Source: Cyanophyceae cyanobacterium
GTDB lineage: Bacteria; Cyanobacteriota; Cyanobacteriia; Cyanobacteriales; JBHJGN01
Reading direction: 5' to 3'
DNA length: 64,000 nucleotides
Assembly: GCA_050331735.1 (NCBI GenBank)
Contig: JBHJGN010000011.1
Span: 1-64,000, forward strand
The notes under the pieces are model-generated. The model was not told the DNA's origin and did no database searches. It worked only from the letters and a program-made list of their open reading frames with translations. Position 1 is the stretch's first letter. Every line of letters begins with the position of its first letter. This document shows, piece after piece, positions 53,716 through 62,772 of this stretch. The position numbers and the translations under genes are program-made.

Positions 53716-54888
53716 TCACGTCACAAAAATTTTGTAATCAGCCCGCTCTTGTTTCGCTTGATACATAGCTGCATCGGCCTCTTGCAGAATGTCTTGAGGA
53801 TGTTGGTGAGCGGGACTAGAAAGCGCAATGCCGATGCTGAGGCAGACCACAAACTGCCGCTCGTCAACGGTCATCGGCACCTTCGACGCCTGGAGGATAC
53901 GATTGGCACAGTGCTCCGCGTCTTGGTAGCTGCCGATCTCCTCGAGCAAAATCACAAACTCATCCCCGCCTAGGCGAGCCGCCGTATCCGCTACTCTGAC
54001 ACATTGCGTTAGGCGAGCGGCGGTTTTTACCAAGATTTCATCGCCGATGAGATGACCAAAGCTGTCGTTAATTTGCTTAAAGTCGTTGACATCGATAAAC
54101 AAAACCGCAAATAGCCGCTCTGGATACCGCTTAAATAACTGGAGGGCATGGCTCAAGCGGTTAAATAGCAGAGTGCGATTGGGTAAAGTTGTCAGGCTAT
54201 CGTAAAGAGCTTGGTGGAGTAGCTCGGCTTCAAGCTGCTTTTTTTGCGTAATATCCCGGAATCGCCAGCGCATCCCCACCACCTCTTGAAAACGGCAAAT
54301 CCGAGACACAGCGATCACCACCGTCACCAGGTTTTCCTGGCGAGGCTGGAGCCGCGTTTCCCAGTCTTGAAGACGCTCATCCAGGCTGAGGTTTTCTGGG
54401 GATGACTGAGCGAGCTGATTGAGTAAGGCTCTGATTTGTGGGCGCTCTGCGGCAGCAAAATAGAGGATCAACGGTTTGCCAATCAAGAAATCCTGGCGAA
54501 TATTAAGCAAAGCCGCTGCGGCACCATTCGCTTTCAAAATGATGCCGCTTTTGTTAGTCACAATGAGAGCATCAGGAGCGAACTGAAGCTGCGGCGAGGT
54601 TCCTGCCGCTTGACAAATTGCGAGCCACTCTTCATTCCGGTACGATAGTTCTTCTGCTGCTGTTTGTAGCTCTTCTAAACTACTAGAAAGCACGGATAGC
54701 GTTTGCAACAAGAGCGATGGTAGAGTACTGGCAATTCTCTGCGAATTTTCTACCGAAGCAGCCTTAGACTGCACTTGGTGGGAAGCTTCTGTTCCCTGAG
54801 TTATGCGAAGAGCCTCATAAACAGATTGCTCTATTTCTGCTAATCGCTGACGCACTGTTTCAAGTTGTTGATGAAATACGTCAGTCAT
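53716..54888 (-). CDS. PAS-GGDEF diguanylate cyclase
   Basis: D.LT.LPNR, FKQINDSFGH, RVAD I-site, RLGGDEF. Confidence 0.93.
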   Translation of the reverse strand: MTDVFHQQLETVRQRLAEIEQSVYEALRITQGTEASHQVQSKAASVENSQRIASTLPSLLLQTLSVLSSSLEELQTAAEELSYRNEEWLAICQAAGTSPQLQFAPDALIVTNKSGIILKANGAAAALLNIRQDFLIGKPLILYFAAAERPQIRALLNQLAQSSPENLSLDERLQDWETRLQPRQENLVTVVIAVSRICRFQEVVGMRWRFRDITQKKQLEAELLHQALYDSLTTLPNRTLLFNRLSHALQLFKRYPERLFAVLFIDVNDFKQINDSFGHLIGDEILVKTAARLTQCVRVADTAARLGGDEFVILLEEIGSYQDAEHCANRILQASKVPMTVDERQFVVCLSIGIALSSPAHQHPQDILQEADAAMYQAKQERADYKIFVT

Positions 54889-54985
54889 AAAGGAGTGTTT
54901 GCAGTAGAGCGCTTTGAGAGGTCGCGGGTGTCGCTTGGCATTGTTACCGATGCGAATTGATTTGTCGGCTCGGTAGAGTACATAT

Positions 54986-55705
54986 TCAGGCGATGTAGTA
55001 ATGTAAGGCCAGTTTTTCGAGATACTGCTCTACCTTCGTTTGGTAATTGCGACAGTCCTCGCCCGCTTTTTCTACCAATACTTGTTGCTTTTTGATCAGA
55101 ATTTTTCCCCGGTGGTAGGCAATAATGCCTTGACGACCCCAAGCTGACGCAATTTCTGAAATCGTAGCGCGGCGGACCCCGAGCATCTCTGAAAGCAGCT
55201 CCTGAGTAAACGGCAGCTCATCTCGCTGCATACTGCTTTGAGCTAACAAGAGCCAGCGAGCTAGTCGTGTTTCAACGGGTCTAAGAGTGTTGTACATAAT
55301 GGTTTGCATCATTTGGAGCTGAAGAATTTGCGCAAATTCCAGTAGCTTTTGCTGAAGAACTTCTCTGCGCTTGAGTGCAGACCTTAACACCTCTACCGAT
55401 AACTGTTGAGCGGTCCCAGAAAACTGGAGCGTTGCGTTCGCCTCGCCGTAGCGACTACCAAAAATAACAGGCAAACCGACCATGCCTTCACTGCCAATAA
55501 TTCCCGCATCACACGTATTGCCATTCTGAGTAATCAGAACGAGGGAGACAAGGGCTTGTTCGGGAAAATAAACCGTCGTGATTTCCTCTTCCACGTGATA
55601 GAGAATTTGTCCTCGTTTGAGCGAGACGGGCTTTAAGTGAATATTAAGACGCTGATACTCACTTGGAGGGAGTGCGGCTAGTAATCTGTTGCGAGGAGCT
55701 ATCAT
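54986..55705 (-). CDS. Crp/Fnr-family transcriptional regulator
   Basis: NRLLAALP, RLARWLL, HTH TQELLSEMLGVRRATIS. Confidence 0.92.
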   Translation of the reverse strand: MIAPRNRLLAALPPSEYQRLNIHLKPVSLKRGQILYHVEEEITTVYFPEQALVSLVLITQNGNTCDAGIIGSEGMVGLPVIFGSRYGEANATLQFSGTAQQLSVEVLRSALKRREVLQQKLLEFAQILQLQMMQTIMYNTLRPVETRLARWLLLAQSSMQRDELPFTQELLSEMLGVRRATISEIASAWGRQGIIAYHRGKILIKKQQVLVEKAGEDCRNYQTKVEQYLEKLALHYYIA

Positions 55706-55940
55706 AATTTGCTGATGTAAAAATTTGAAGAAGGTGGAGCTGGAGACAAGATTGCTACGCGCTCGATTGGTGTTACAGACTTGACAGACGGAGGCAGATT
55801 AAATCGCAAAGATGAGAAAAAAGCTAGGTTGAGCTTACTACCATTTTCTACAACTTGACTGCTATTTTTGCTGTTTTCTTGCTGGCAAAAGTATGTTTGC
55901 ATGAGGAGCTGATGCACAGCAACAAGCTAAACAAGGGAGT

Positions 55941-55971
55941 AACGTGCTTTGAATCCTATTCAAAGCACGTT
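55941..55971. repeat. Perfect 14-bp-arm hairpin
   Basis: AACGTGCTTTGAAT-CCT-ATTCAAAGCACGTT. Confidence 0.8.
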
Positions 55972-56491
55972 CCGCGATTTTTTTTAGCTGTAGCTAACAT
56001 AGATATCAAGATAGATAACACGCAGTAGCAAATATATCTAAATAAAGGGTCTTGAGTAGGCGGGTAGAATTAAACTGAAAATCAAAGCAGATTAGCTCTT
56101 AGCTTTTCCTGCTTCTCTTTGCTTTCTTAGGTTTTACACTTTATTTCGTCTTCCTACTTATTTTTAAACTTTTGAGTACAAAAATAGAGGCCTGCGTTTA
56201 TTATATCAAAGCAGTTAAGTAATTTCTAGAATCAACCGACAGATTGAACTGTTAAGTTTGCCTGTATCTGGTGTAACAGCTTAAACGACGTGTAAGATTT
56301 AAAGTGAAAGGGAAAACAGTGACCAGTCTAGTTAGTTCATTGAACTGATAACTGATAACTGTTAAGTCCCTTTCCCCCTTACCCTTTCCCCTTTTCCCGC
56401 GCCAACGGCGCTTTCCCCTTTTCCCGTTGCGGAGCAACTATTTTCCCGTCTCAAAGTCCCGTCCCGATGACGCTTCAACTGGAGGTAGAGA

Positions 56492-57724
56492 GTGAAACCT
56501 GAGTTGGTACAAGATCTAGACGAGTTTCAAAGCAGACTAGAAAAGCTCTTTAAAGAAACGCTCGTCACTACTAATCCAAATGTGCAGCATCTGCTCGCCA
56601 ATGTTTACAAAGAACTTGGTCAGGCTTCCGAAAAACTACTGGTGGCCTCTGAAGAAATTCTGGCTCAGTCTCAGCAGTTAAAAACGTTACAGAGCCAGTT
56701 GAACCGCGAACGTTACCTCCTAGGCAATGAGGTTAACGAGCAGTCACATAGTATTCTCGTTACCAATGAGCAAGGCGTTATTCAGCAAGCAAGTTCGGCA
56801 GTTGGCTATCTGTTGAACATTGAGCCGCGTTTTTTATTAAATAAACCAGTAGAAACTTTTTTTACGCCTCGCGAGCGTCGCCTCTTTCCCTTCATGATGC
56901 AAAAACTCTGCGAGAGTCAACAGATCCAGCGGTGGACGGTTGAGATCCAGCCTCGCCACTGTCGTCCTATTGTCGTGCTGCTGCGGGCTGTTCCCGTTCG
57001 GGGGCAAGACTCGACAATTCGCTGGAGCTTTACCTGTTTAAGCTCCTCCCAGCGCAGTAAAAATTTTGCCTATCCTCACCGAAACACCCAGTCCTACAGG
57101 CAAGGAGAAATCGTTAGTTTACAGTCGCCAGAGTTGCTTTGGGTTGTTCGTGCAGGCATCGTTAAGCTGAGCACCACCAGCGAAACGGGAGAGGAGGTGC
57201 TGTTGGGCTTAGTTGGTCCTAATATGCCCTTCGGTGCTGCTTTAACGGCTTTGCCCATCTACCAAGCGACAGCGCTTTCAGAAACCGTGGAGCTGATACC
57301 TCTGTCTCAATTAGAGATTGAGCGGCGATCGCTGCTGCCAGACTTTATGCCACAGCTCATTCAGCGGCTACAGCAAACAGAAATCCTGCTAGCAATTTCC
57401 GGTAAGCGACACGTCCAAGAGCGGCTTGATTACCTCTTGCAGTGGCTCAAAGAGCACTTTGGTCAACCCCACCCCCAAGGAATCCGGCTCAGCATCCGCC
57501 TCACTCATCAAGACCTCGCCGATGCCTGCTGCACCACCCGAGTCACCATCAGCCGCCTGATCGGCAAACTCAAGCAACAGGGCAAAATTGCTTACGATTC
57601 TGAGTACAATATTGTCCTTTTAAGCGAGGGGAAAAATGTCCCGGAGGGACGGGGACAGGGGAAAGGGAAAATTGTCGCGTTCGCGACGGGGAAAGAACAC
57701 AGAACTAAGGAATCGGCTGAGTAA
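56492..57724 (+). CDS. Coiled coil-PAS-Crp/Fnr fusion regulator
   Basis: PAS-like LVTNEQGVIQ; cNMP-like GIVKL..GEEVLLGL; HTH RLTHQDLA....TTRVTISR. Confidence 0.85.
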   Translation: MKPELVQDLDEFQSRLEKLFKETLVTTNPNVQHLLANVYKELGQASEKLLVASEEILAQSQQLKTLQSQLNRERYLLGNEVNEQSHSILVTNEQGVIQQASSAVGYLLNIEPRFLLNKPVETFFTPRERRLFPFMMQKLCESQQIQRWTVEIQPRHCRPIVVLLRAVPVRGQDSTIRWSFTCLSSSQRSKNFAYPHRNTQSYRQGEIVSLQSPELLWVVRAGIVKLSTTSETGEEVLLGLVGPNMPFGAALTALPIYQATALSETVELIPLSQLEIERRSLLPDFMPQLIQRLQQTEILLAISGKRHVQERLDYLLQWLKEHFGQPHPQGIRLSIRLTHQDLADACCTTRVTISRLIGKLKQQGKIAYDSEYNIVLLSEGKNVPEGRGQGKGKIVAFATGKEHRTKESAE

Positions 57725-57803
57725 CCCCCCTTTACCCCTTCCCCCTTCCCCGTTGCGCAGCAACTATTTCCCCATTGCGCAGCAACCGCCCGCGCCTAGA
57801 AGC
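57627..57803 (+). repeat. Composite hairpin/heptamer element, copy B
   Basis: GTCCCGGAGGGAC, GTCGCGTTCGCGAC, core AAGAACACAGAACTAAGGAATCGGC, two TTGCGCAGCAAC units. Confidence 0.85.
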
Positions 57804-57804
57804 G

Positions 57805-59640
57805 CTACACGCTTTCCATCATTAAAATGACGCCGATATGCTCTTGAAGCTGATCGATCAGCGGAGTGATGGTAACGCGGCACTGAATTGTTTGACCGCG
57901 GCGATTGATGGCTTCTAGCTCAATGACTTGTCGGGCCTCCCTTCCGTCAAGACAGAGACGGATGGGATCGCGGAGCTGCTGAACCGGTAAGCCAATATCT
58001 AATCCTAAAAAAGATTGTCCCCGGACTTCATCTGTACGCAGTCCCCAGAGGTTTTCCGCTTCAACATTCCAGCTCAAAATATTAAACTGGCGATTAACCA
58101 CAACGACTCCAGCCTGAAGGCTTGTCAGAATCGAATTTAAGAAAGCGTTGGTCTGATTCAGTTCGGTGGTGCGCTGGCGAAGTTCGTCGTTGATCGTTTG
58201 CAGTTCTTCGTTGGTAGACTGGAGTTCTTCGTTCATGGTTTCCAGTTCTTCATTGGTAGACTGGAGTTCCTCGTTGGTCGTCTCTAGTTCTTCATTGGTA
58301 GACTGAAGTTCCTCGTTGGTCGTCTCCAGTTCTTCGTTACTAGACTGGAGTTCCTCGTTAGCCGTTTCTAGCTCTTGGTTAGCCTGCTGGAGTTCTTCAT
58401 TAAGGTCGTGATAGCGGCTGACGTCGACAAAGGTAATGCTGATGCCCAGCAGCACCCCCGACTCTTCCTGAAGAGGAGTAAACTGAACATCGAGATACTG
58501 AAGTTTGCCATCCGGCAGGTAACGGACCACGTTCTGGACTCGAATTGGCTGGCGATCGCTCAGAATCTGGTCGCATTTCGAGCGCAAGTCTAACGGTCGA
58601 TAGGAAATTTCTAAATCGCGGATCGGTTGATTGAGAGCCTGGGGTGAGATGTTGAAGGTCGATTGGGCAACTTCATTAACCAGAATCAGGGTTCCGTTAA
58701 CGTCAACAACGAGCTGAGCTAGCGAAACCGCATTAAACGCCAGTTCCCGCAGGCGCTCCTCGCGCTCCTGACGCTGGCTGAGAGCATTTCTGGTTAGTGA
58801 AGCTATCCGTCTGCGTTCATTATCTGTTGGCACTGTTCTAAAAATTCGGTGCTGAAGATTAATGGGCGTAAACAGATCTGAGTGAGTGAGCAGCATTTCT
58901 GCTTTGCCTAAAAACAAAAAGCCGGTATCGTTAAGGGCAAAGTGAAAACGGTTGAGGATGCGCCCTTGGGTCTCTGCGTTAAAGTACATCAGCGTATTGC
59001 GGCAAACCAACAGATCGAGGCGAGAAATGGGGGCATCTTGGACAAGATCGTGACGACCAAAAATGACGCTGCGCCGCAGATCGGCGCGGAACGCCCAGCG
59101 TTCCCCCTGGCGTTCAAAATAGCGCTCTTGCAGCTCGGGAGAAATCGTTTCTAGTGCTTCAGTACTGTAGCTAGCGTGACGAGCTTCACTCAACGCTTCT
59201 TCGTCTACATCCGTTGCATAAATCTTGACCCGCTGGCGACAGTCTTCAATTCCAAGCTCCTCAGAGAAGAGGATCGCTAGCGTATAGGCTTCTTCCCCCG
59301 AGGCACATCCAGCACTCCAAATGCGAATCGGCTGGGTATCTCGTCGCTCGCGGAGCAGATTCGGCAACACGTGAGTTTGTAAATAGGTCCAAGCTTCGGC
59401 ATCTCGAAAAAAACTGGTGACATTGATCAAAATCGTGTTAAACAACGGCAAGAATTCATCGGGACGAACCTGTAAATAATCGAGGTAGTCGCCAAAACTA
59501 TCAATTTGCTGGCGCTGCATTTGCCGAGTAATCCGGCGCTTGATGCTAGAGCGCTTGTAGCCCGTAAAATCAAAACCTCTTTTTTCTCTCAAAAACTCTA
59601 GAAGCGATTCAAAAACTTGATCTTCTTCGTTAGTATTCAT
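57805..59640 (-). CDS. cheR: CheR methyltransferase with PAS domains and heptad coiled coil
   Basis: INVTSFFRD, WSAGCASGEE, ATDVD, CRN..MYF; likely start MNTNEED at 59640. Confidence 0.94.
   Translation of the reverse strand: MNTNEEDQVFESLLEFLREKRGFDFTGYKRSSIKRRITRQMQRQQIDSFGDYLDYLQVRPDEFLPLFNTILINVTSFFRDAEAWTYLQTHVLPNLLRERRDTQPIRIWSAGCASGEEAYTLAILFSEELGIEDCRQRVKIYATDVDEEALSEARHASYSTEALETISPELQERYFERQGERWAFRADLRRSVIFGRHDLVQDAPISRLDLLVCRNTLMYFNAETQGRILNRFHFALNDTGFLFLGKAEMLLTHSDLFTPINLQHRIFRTVPTDNERRRIASLTRNALSQRQEREERLRELAFNAVSLAQLVVDVNGTLILVNEVAQSTFNISPQALNQPIRDLEISYRPLDLRSKCDQILSDRQPIRVQNVVRYLPDGKLQYLDVQFTPLQEESGVLLGISITFVDVSRYHDLNEELQQANQELETANEELQSSNEELETTNEELQSTNEELETTNEELQSTNEELETMNEELQSTNEELQTINDELRQRTTELNQTNAFLNSILTSLQAGVVVVNRQFNILSWNVEAENLWGLRTDEVRGQSFLGLDIGLPVQQLRDPIRLCLDGREARQVIELEAINRRGQTIQCRVTITPLIDQLQEHIGVILMMESV
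58171..58401 (-). repeat. Coding 21-bp tandem repeat (11 NEEL[Q/E]xx heptads) in cheR
   Basis: NEELQQA NQELETA NEELQSS NEELETT NEELQST ... NDELRQR. Confidence 0.9.
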
Positions 59641-59646
59641 TCGTCG

Positions 59647-59841
59647 AACGGGACGGGTAAAGGGGAAGGGGGAAATTGTCGCGTTCTCGACGGGAAAAGG
59701 GAAAAGGGGAAATTGTCGCGTTCGCGACGGGAAAGAACACAGGACTAAGGAATCGGCTGAGTACCCCCCCCTTTCCCCCTTCCCCTTTCCCCGTTGCGCA
59801 GCAACTATTTCCCCGTTGCGCAGCAACTGCGCCGACAGCGC
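59647..59841 (+). repeat. Composite hairpin/heptamer element, copy C
   Basis: Duplicated GGGGAAATTGTCGCGTTC(G/T)CGACGGGAAA, core AAGAACACAGGACTAAGGAATCGGC, two GTTGCGCAGCAAC. Confidence 0.85.
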
Positions 59842-60513
59842 TTATCCAATGGGACTCGAATCGTTATTAGACATTACCAAAGAAATTAGCTTGAGAGCAA
59901 TATGGTTCAGCGGTAAGACAAAATTGATTGCGCCTGTTTTAATGGCAGCACTCGGCATACTGAAGCATTCAGCCGTTCCTTCATCTTGGGCGATCGCAAT
60001 ACCGCCTAGTTCGTGAATTTTTTGAATTCCGGCTCCGCCATCCTTTCCGGCTCCGGTGAGCACAACAGCAATCGCGCGACTGCCATAGCTGACGGCGACG
60101 GAGTTGAATAAAATGTCCGCCGAAGGACGCACAAAATTCATGAGTTTGGTCTGGCTGAGGGAAAGAACGCCACCAGAATCGACCTGGAGATGATAATTAG
60201 GAGGTGCAATATAGACTACTCCTGGCTTGAGGCGATCGCCAACCTCGGCCTGCTTCACGACTAAATCAGTTTTTCGCCGCAGAATTTCTGCCATTAGGGA
60301 GCGGTGCTTGGGGTCAAGATGCTGTACTATTAAGATAGAGGCGGTAAAATTTGCGGGCAAATCTGAAAGAATTCGGCTAATCGCATTCAGTCCTCCAACA
60401 GAGGCGGCGATCGCCACAACCTCAAAGACTCTGTTAACAGACGACTCGCTTTTATTTTGTTTGAGCGCATCATCGCTCCCTTTAAGTGTTTTTCCCGCAT
60501 TAACGTTATTCAC
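59842..60513 (-). CDS. cheB: Stand-alone CheB methylesterase (no receiver domain)
   Basis: ASVGG (Ser), VQH (His), LTGAGKDG (Asp), RPSADILF, AQDE; start uncertain. Confidence 0.92.
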   Translation of the reverse strand: MNNVNAGKTLKGSDDALKQNKSESSVNRVFEVVAIAASVGGLNAISRILSDLPANFTASILIVQHLDPKHRSLMAEILRRKTDLVVKQAEVGDRLKPGVVYIAPPNYHLQVDSGGVLSLSQTKLMNFVRPSADILFNSVAVSYGSRAIAVVLTGAGKDGGAGIQKIHELGGIAIAQDEGTAECFSMPSAAIKTGAINFVLPLNHIALKLISLVMSNNDSSPIG

Positions 60514-60554
60514 TGAGCCGCTGCCCCAATCTTTTACTTCAATTCTACTCACAA

Positions 60555-60722
60555 AGCAACTTTCGCTGCGCAATGGGGCAAGCGCCGTTGGCGCAGTTGC
60601 TGCGCAACGGGTAAAGGGGAAGGGGGAAAGGGGGAAGTACTTAGCCGATTCCTTAGTCCTGTGTTCTTTTCCCCGTCCCGGAGGGACAAATTTCCCTTTC
60701 CCCGTCGCGTTCGCGACAATTG
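60555..60722 (-). repeat. Composite hairpin/heptamer element, copy D
   Basis: Reverse complement of the same core (GCCGATTCCTTAGTCCTGTGTTCTT) with the same hairpin modules. Confidence 0.85.
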
Positions 60723-60734
60723 CCTCTGACGCAT

Positions 60735-61139
60735 TTATGAGTGCTGATCGTTCAAATACTTCCGATTACACTCCACGATCTGTTTTGATTTTGCTAACTG
60801 CTTTCGCAGAACTTGATAGTATTCATTGGTGGCTTCAACGTGCTCCCAAACAGCTCTCACGTGTTCTGCGACCGCTTGCTCGTGCGACTGATGGGAGGAT
60901 TCGTTGTGTTCCTGCTCTGAATCCTGGGCATGCTTTCGCAGTTCCTGAGCATAACCCTGAATGACTTTTCCCCGTTCCTCGATTAATCTTCCTGCCTCCC
61001 GATCTGCTGTTTTAGCTACCGAACGCCCAGCTTTTGCAATCTCTTTTCCGTGTCTCTCTACGGTGTCTGCATGTTTCTGCGCGAGTTGTGCTGTGCTTTG
61101 AGCAACGTCGGGACTAATTTTTTTGTTTGGCGAAGGCAT
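60735..61139 (-). CDS. Hydrophilic helical hypothetical protein, His-rich
   Basis: GAGG upstream of ATG; charged, helical composition with about 9 His. Confidence 0.6.
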   Translation of the reverse strand: MPSPNKKISPDVAQSTAQLAQKHADTVERHGKEIAKAGRSVAKTADREAGRLIEERGKVIQGYAQELRKHAQDSEQEHNESSHQSHEQAVAEHVRAVWEHVEATNEYYQVLRKQLAKSKQIVECNRKYLNDQHS

Positions 61140-61312
61140 AGATACCTCTGGGTACAATACTGCAATTATTCGTTATGCCTTAGTCTTGCTGCCTCTTTCT
61201 ACAGAACTATCTAGAGACGTGAAAACCGCCGCCCCTTCCACGTCTTGAGGTAGCTCAAACTCCATCACCAATCAAGATTCGGCGATCGCGGTCATTGGCT
61301 CCTGGTCACTGC

Positions 61313-61900
61313 TTATTGTTCTACCACTACCAGAGTTCCAACCTCAACCTGTTCGTAGAGAGCCAACACATCGGCATTCCGCATTCTCACGCAGCCGTGG
61401 GAGACGGCTTGACCAATCAAGGATTCATCGGGCGTACCGTGAAAGCCGATTGAATTCACGCCATCTGTCCAAAAGCCAACCCAGCCAGCGCCCAGAGGAT
61501 TGTTCGGTCCTGGCGGAACAATTTCGCCTGTCCAGGGATGCTCCCAAGCCGGGTTTTTTAGCTTCTGGCGCACGGCAAACACTCCTGTCGGAGTTTCCCA
61601 TCCTCGTTTGCCAACGGCAATCGGATAGCTGGCTGTGAGTTCTTCGTCACTGTAGAGGTAGACGCGGCGATCACTGAGCCGAATCACCAGACGGATTTCT
61701 GCCTGCGGAACAGGAAGATATTGAGCCGGATCTCCCAGCGACGGTAGTTCGAGCTGATTCCAGCCTGTAGCCAGGACCGCTTGAGCGCTGACTGGAGATG
61801 CCCACATCGCCAACGGGGCTACAAAATACCCACCCCAGATCAAGGCATTGAGCAAGCGGAATGAGAGGCGAGTACCCATAAGCACCTCAACAGAATTCAT
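61313..61900 (-). CDS. L,D-transpeptidase (ErfK/YbiS/YkuD family)
   Basis: YPIAVG..GWETPTG, PGPNNPLG, HGT...SHGCVRM. Confidence 0.94.
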   Translation of the reverse strand: MNSVEVLMGTRLSFRLLNALIWGGYFVAPLAMWASPVSAQAVLATGWNQLELPSLGDPAQYLPVPQAEIRLVIRLSDRRVYLYSDEELTASYPIAVGKRGWETPTGVFAVRQKLKNPAWEHPWTGEIVPPGPNNPLGAGWVGFWTDGVNSIGFHGTPDESLIGQAVSHGCVRMRNADVLALYEQVEVGTLVVVEQ

Positions 61901-62006
61901 CTAGAGACAGCAAACGGGTAACTAGCCACTAGCAGAGAGTCACTAATGGAGCCGTTACCCATCCCTCAACTATTATGTCCTGATTTTTCTGATGAGAGTA
62001 GTGTGA

Positions 62007-62420
62007 TTACCAAAGTCCGCGGACTGGTTCGGATTCTTGAGTCGTAGAAAAGTCACTATCGTCATCCATAGCACCGCTATCCATGTCCATGTCGGTCGAG
62101 TCGGTAGAGGATGCGCCGCCTACTTCTGGAGTGACTCCCTGGGAAGCCGGAGAGGTTTGGTTGATCCCGTCGTTGGTGGTTTGGTCATCAATGACGGTGC
62201 TATCAGTGCCAGATTCCATCTCGTTCATTTCCATGTCGGTCGCTTCACCCTCACCAACACCGGTTGTGTCCTCTTGGGATTCTGGAGTCGTTTGGTTGAT
62301 GCTGTCGTTGGTGGTTTGGTCATCGACGATAGTGCCGTCGGTTTGAGCGATCGCCGGATACCCAACGCCGACAAACAGAGAAAGAGACAGTAGAGTGCTT
62401 GCTAATTTGTGATTCATCAT
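62007..62420 (-). CDS. Secreted acidic low-complexity protein with internal duplication
   Basis: Signal peptide ending PAIA; DDQTTND.INQT.P.SQ twice; C-terminal EPVRGLW. Confidence 0.75.
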   Translation of the reverse strand: MMNHKLASTLLSLSLFVGVGYPAIAQTDGTIVDDQTTNDSINQTTPESQEDTTGVGEGEATDMEMNEMESGTDSTVIDDQTTNDGINQTSPASQGVTPEVGGASSTDSTDMDMDSGAMDDDSDFSTTQESEPVRGLW

Positions 62421-62772
62421 AATCGTTGCTCGATCGTAGAGAGATCGATAGAAATATTTTAGTTTGCTGTAGTCGATACTACACAAATACTAAAAACAAT
62501 TTTAGAAACATCACATTATTCGTAAGGTAGATCTAATTTGCGGCTGTTTAGTTCCTCGGACAGAAACTGTAGCAAATTATCAAGTTTTTTACTTTTTTAA
62601 GTTAATCCCAATTCTGTTTAAACAGTCATAATATTGCTTGACCTAGAATTGGTAGTTAGTAGTTAGGAGGAAGTCGTCTTTGTGGTAACAACTAACCACT
62701 AACTCAAATGCTCCTCTCCTATGATTGAGTCTAAGCAAGCGGATGTAATGTTAATTGCTCCTTTGGCTGATT

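Noticed and set aside
58171..58401. Tandem repeat as a CRISPR array
   Set aside because: In-frame 21-bp coding repeats without unique spacers; no cas genes in the window
59641..59826. 62-aa N-terminal extension of CheR in the ORF track
   Set aside because: It is the translation of composite repeat copy C; CheR homology starts at 59640
60227..60964. 245-aa plus-strand ORF
   Set aside because: Spans antisense cheB, repeat copy D and the antisense of another ORF; no coherent domain
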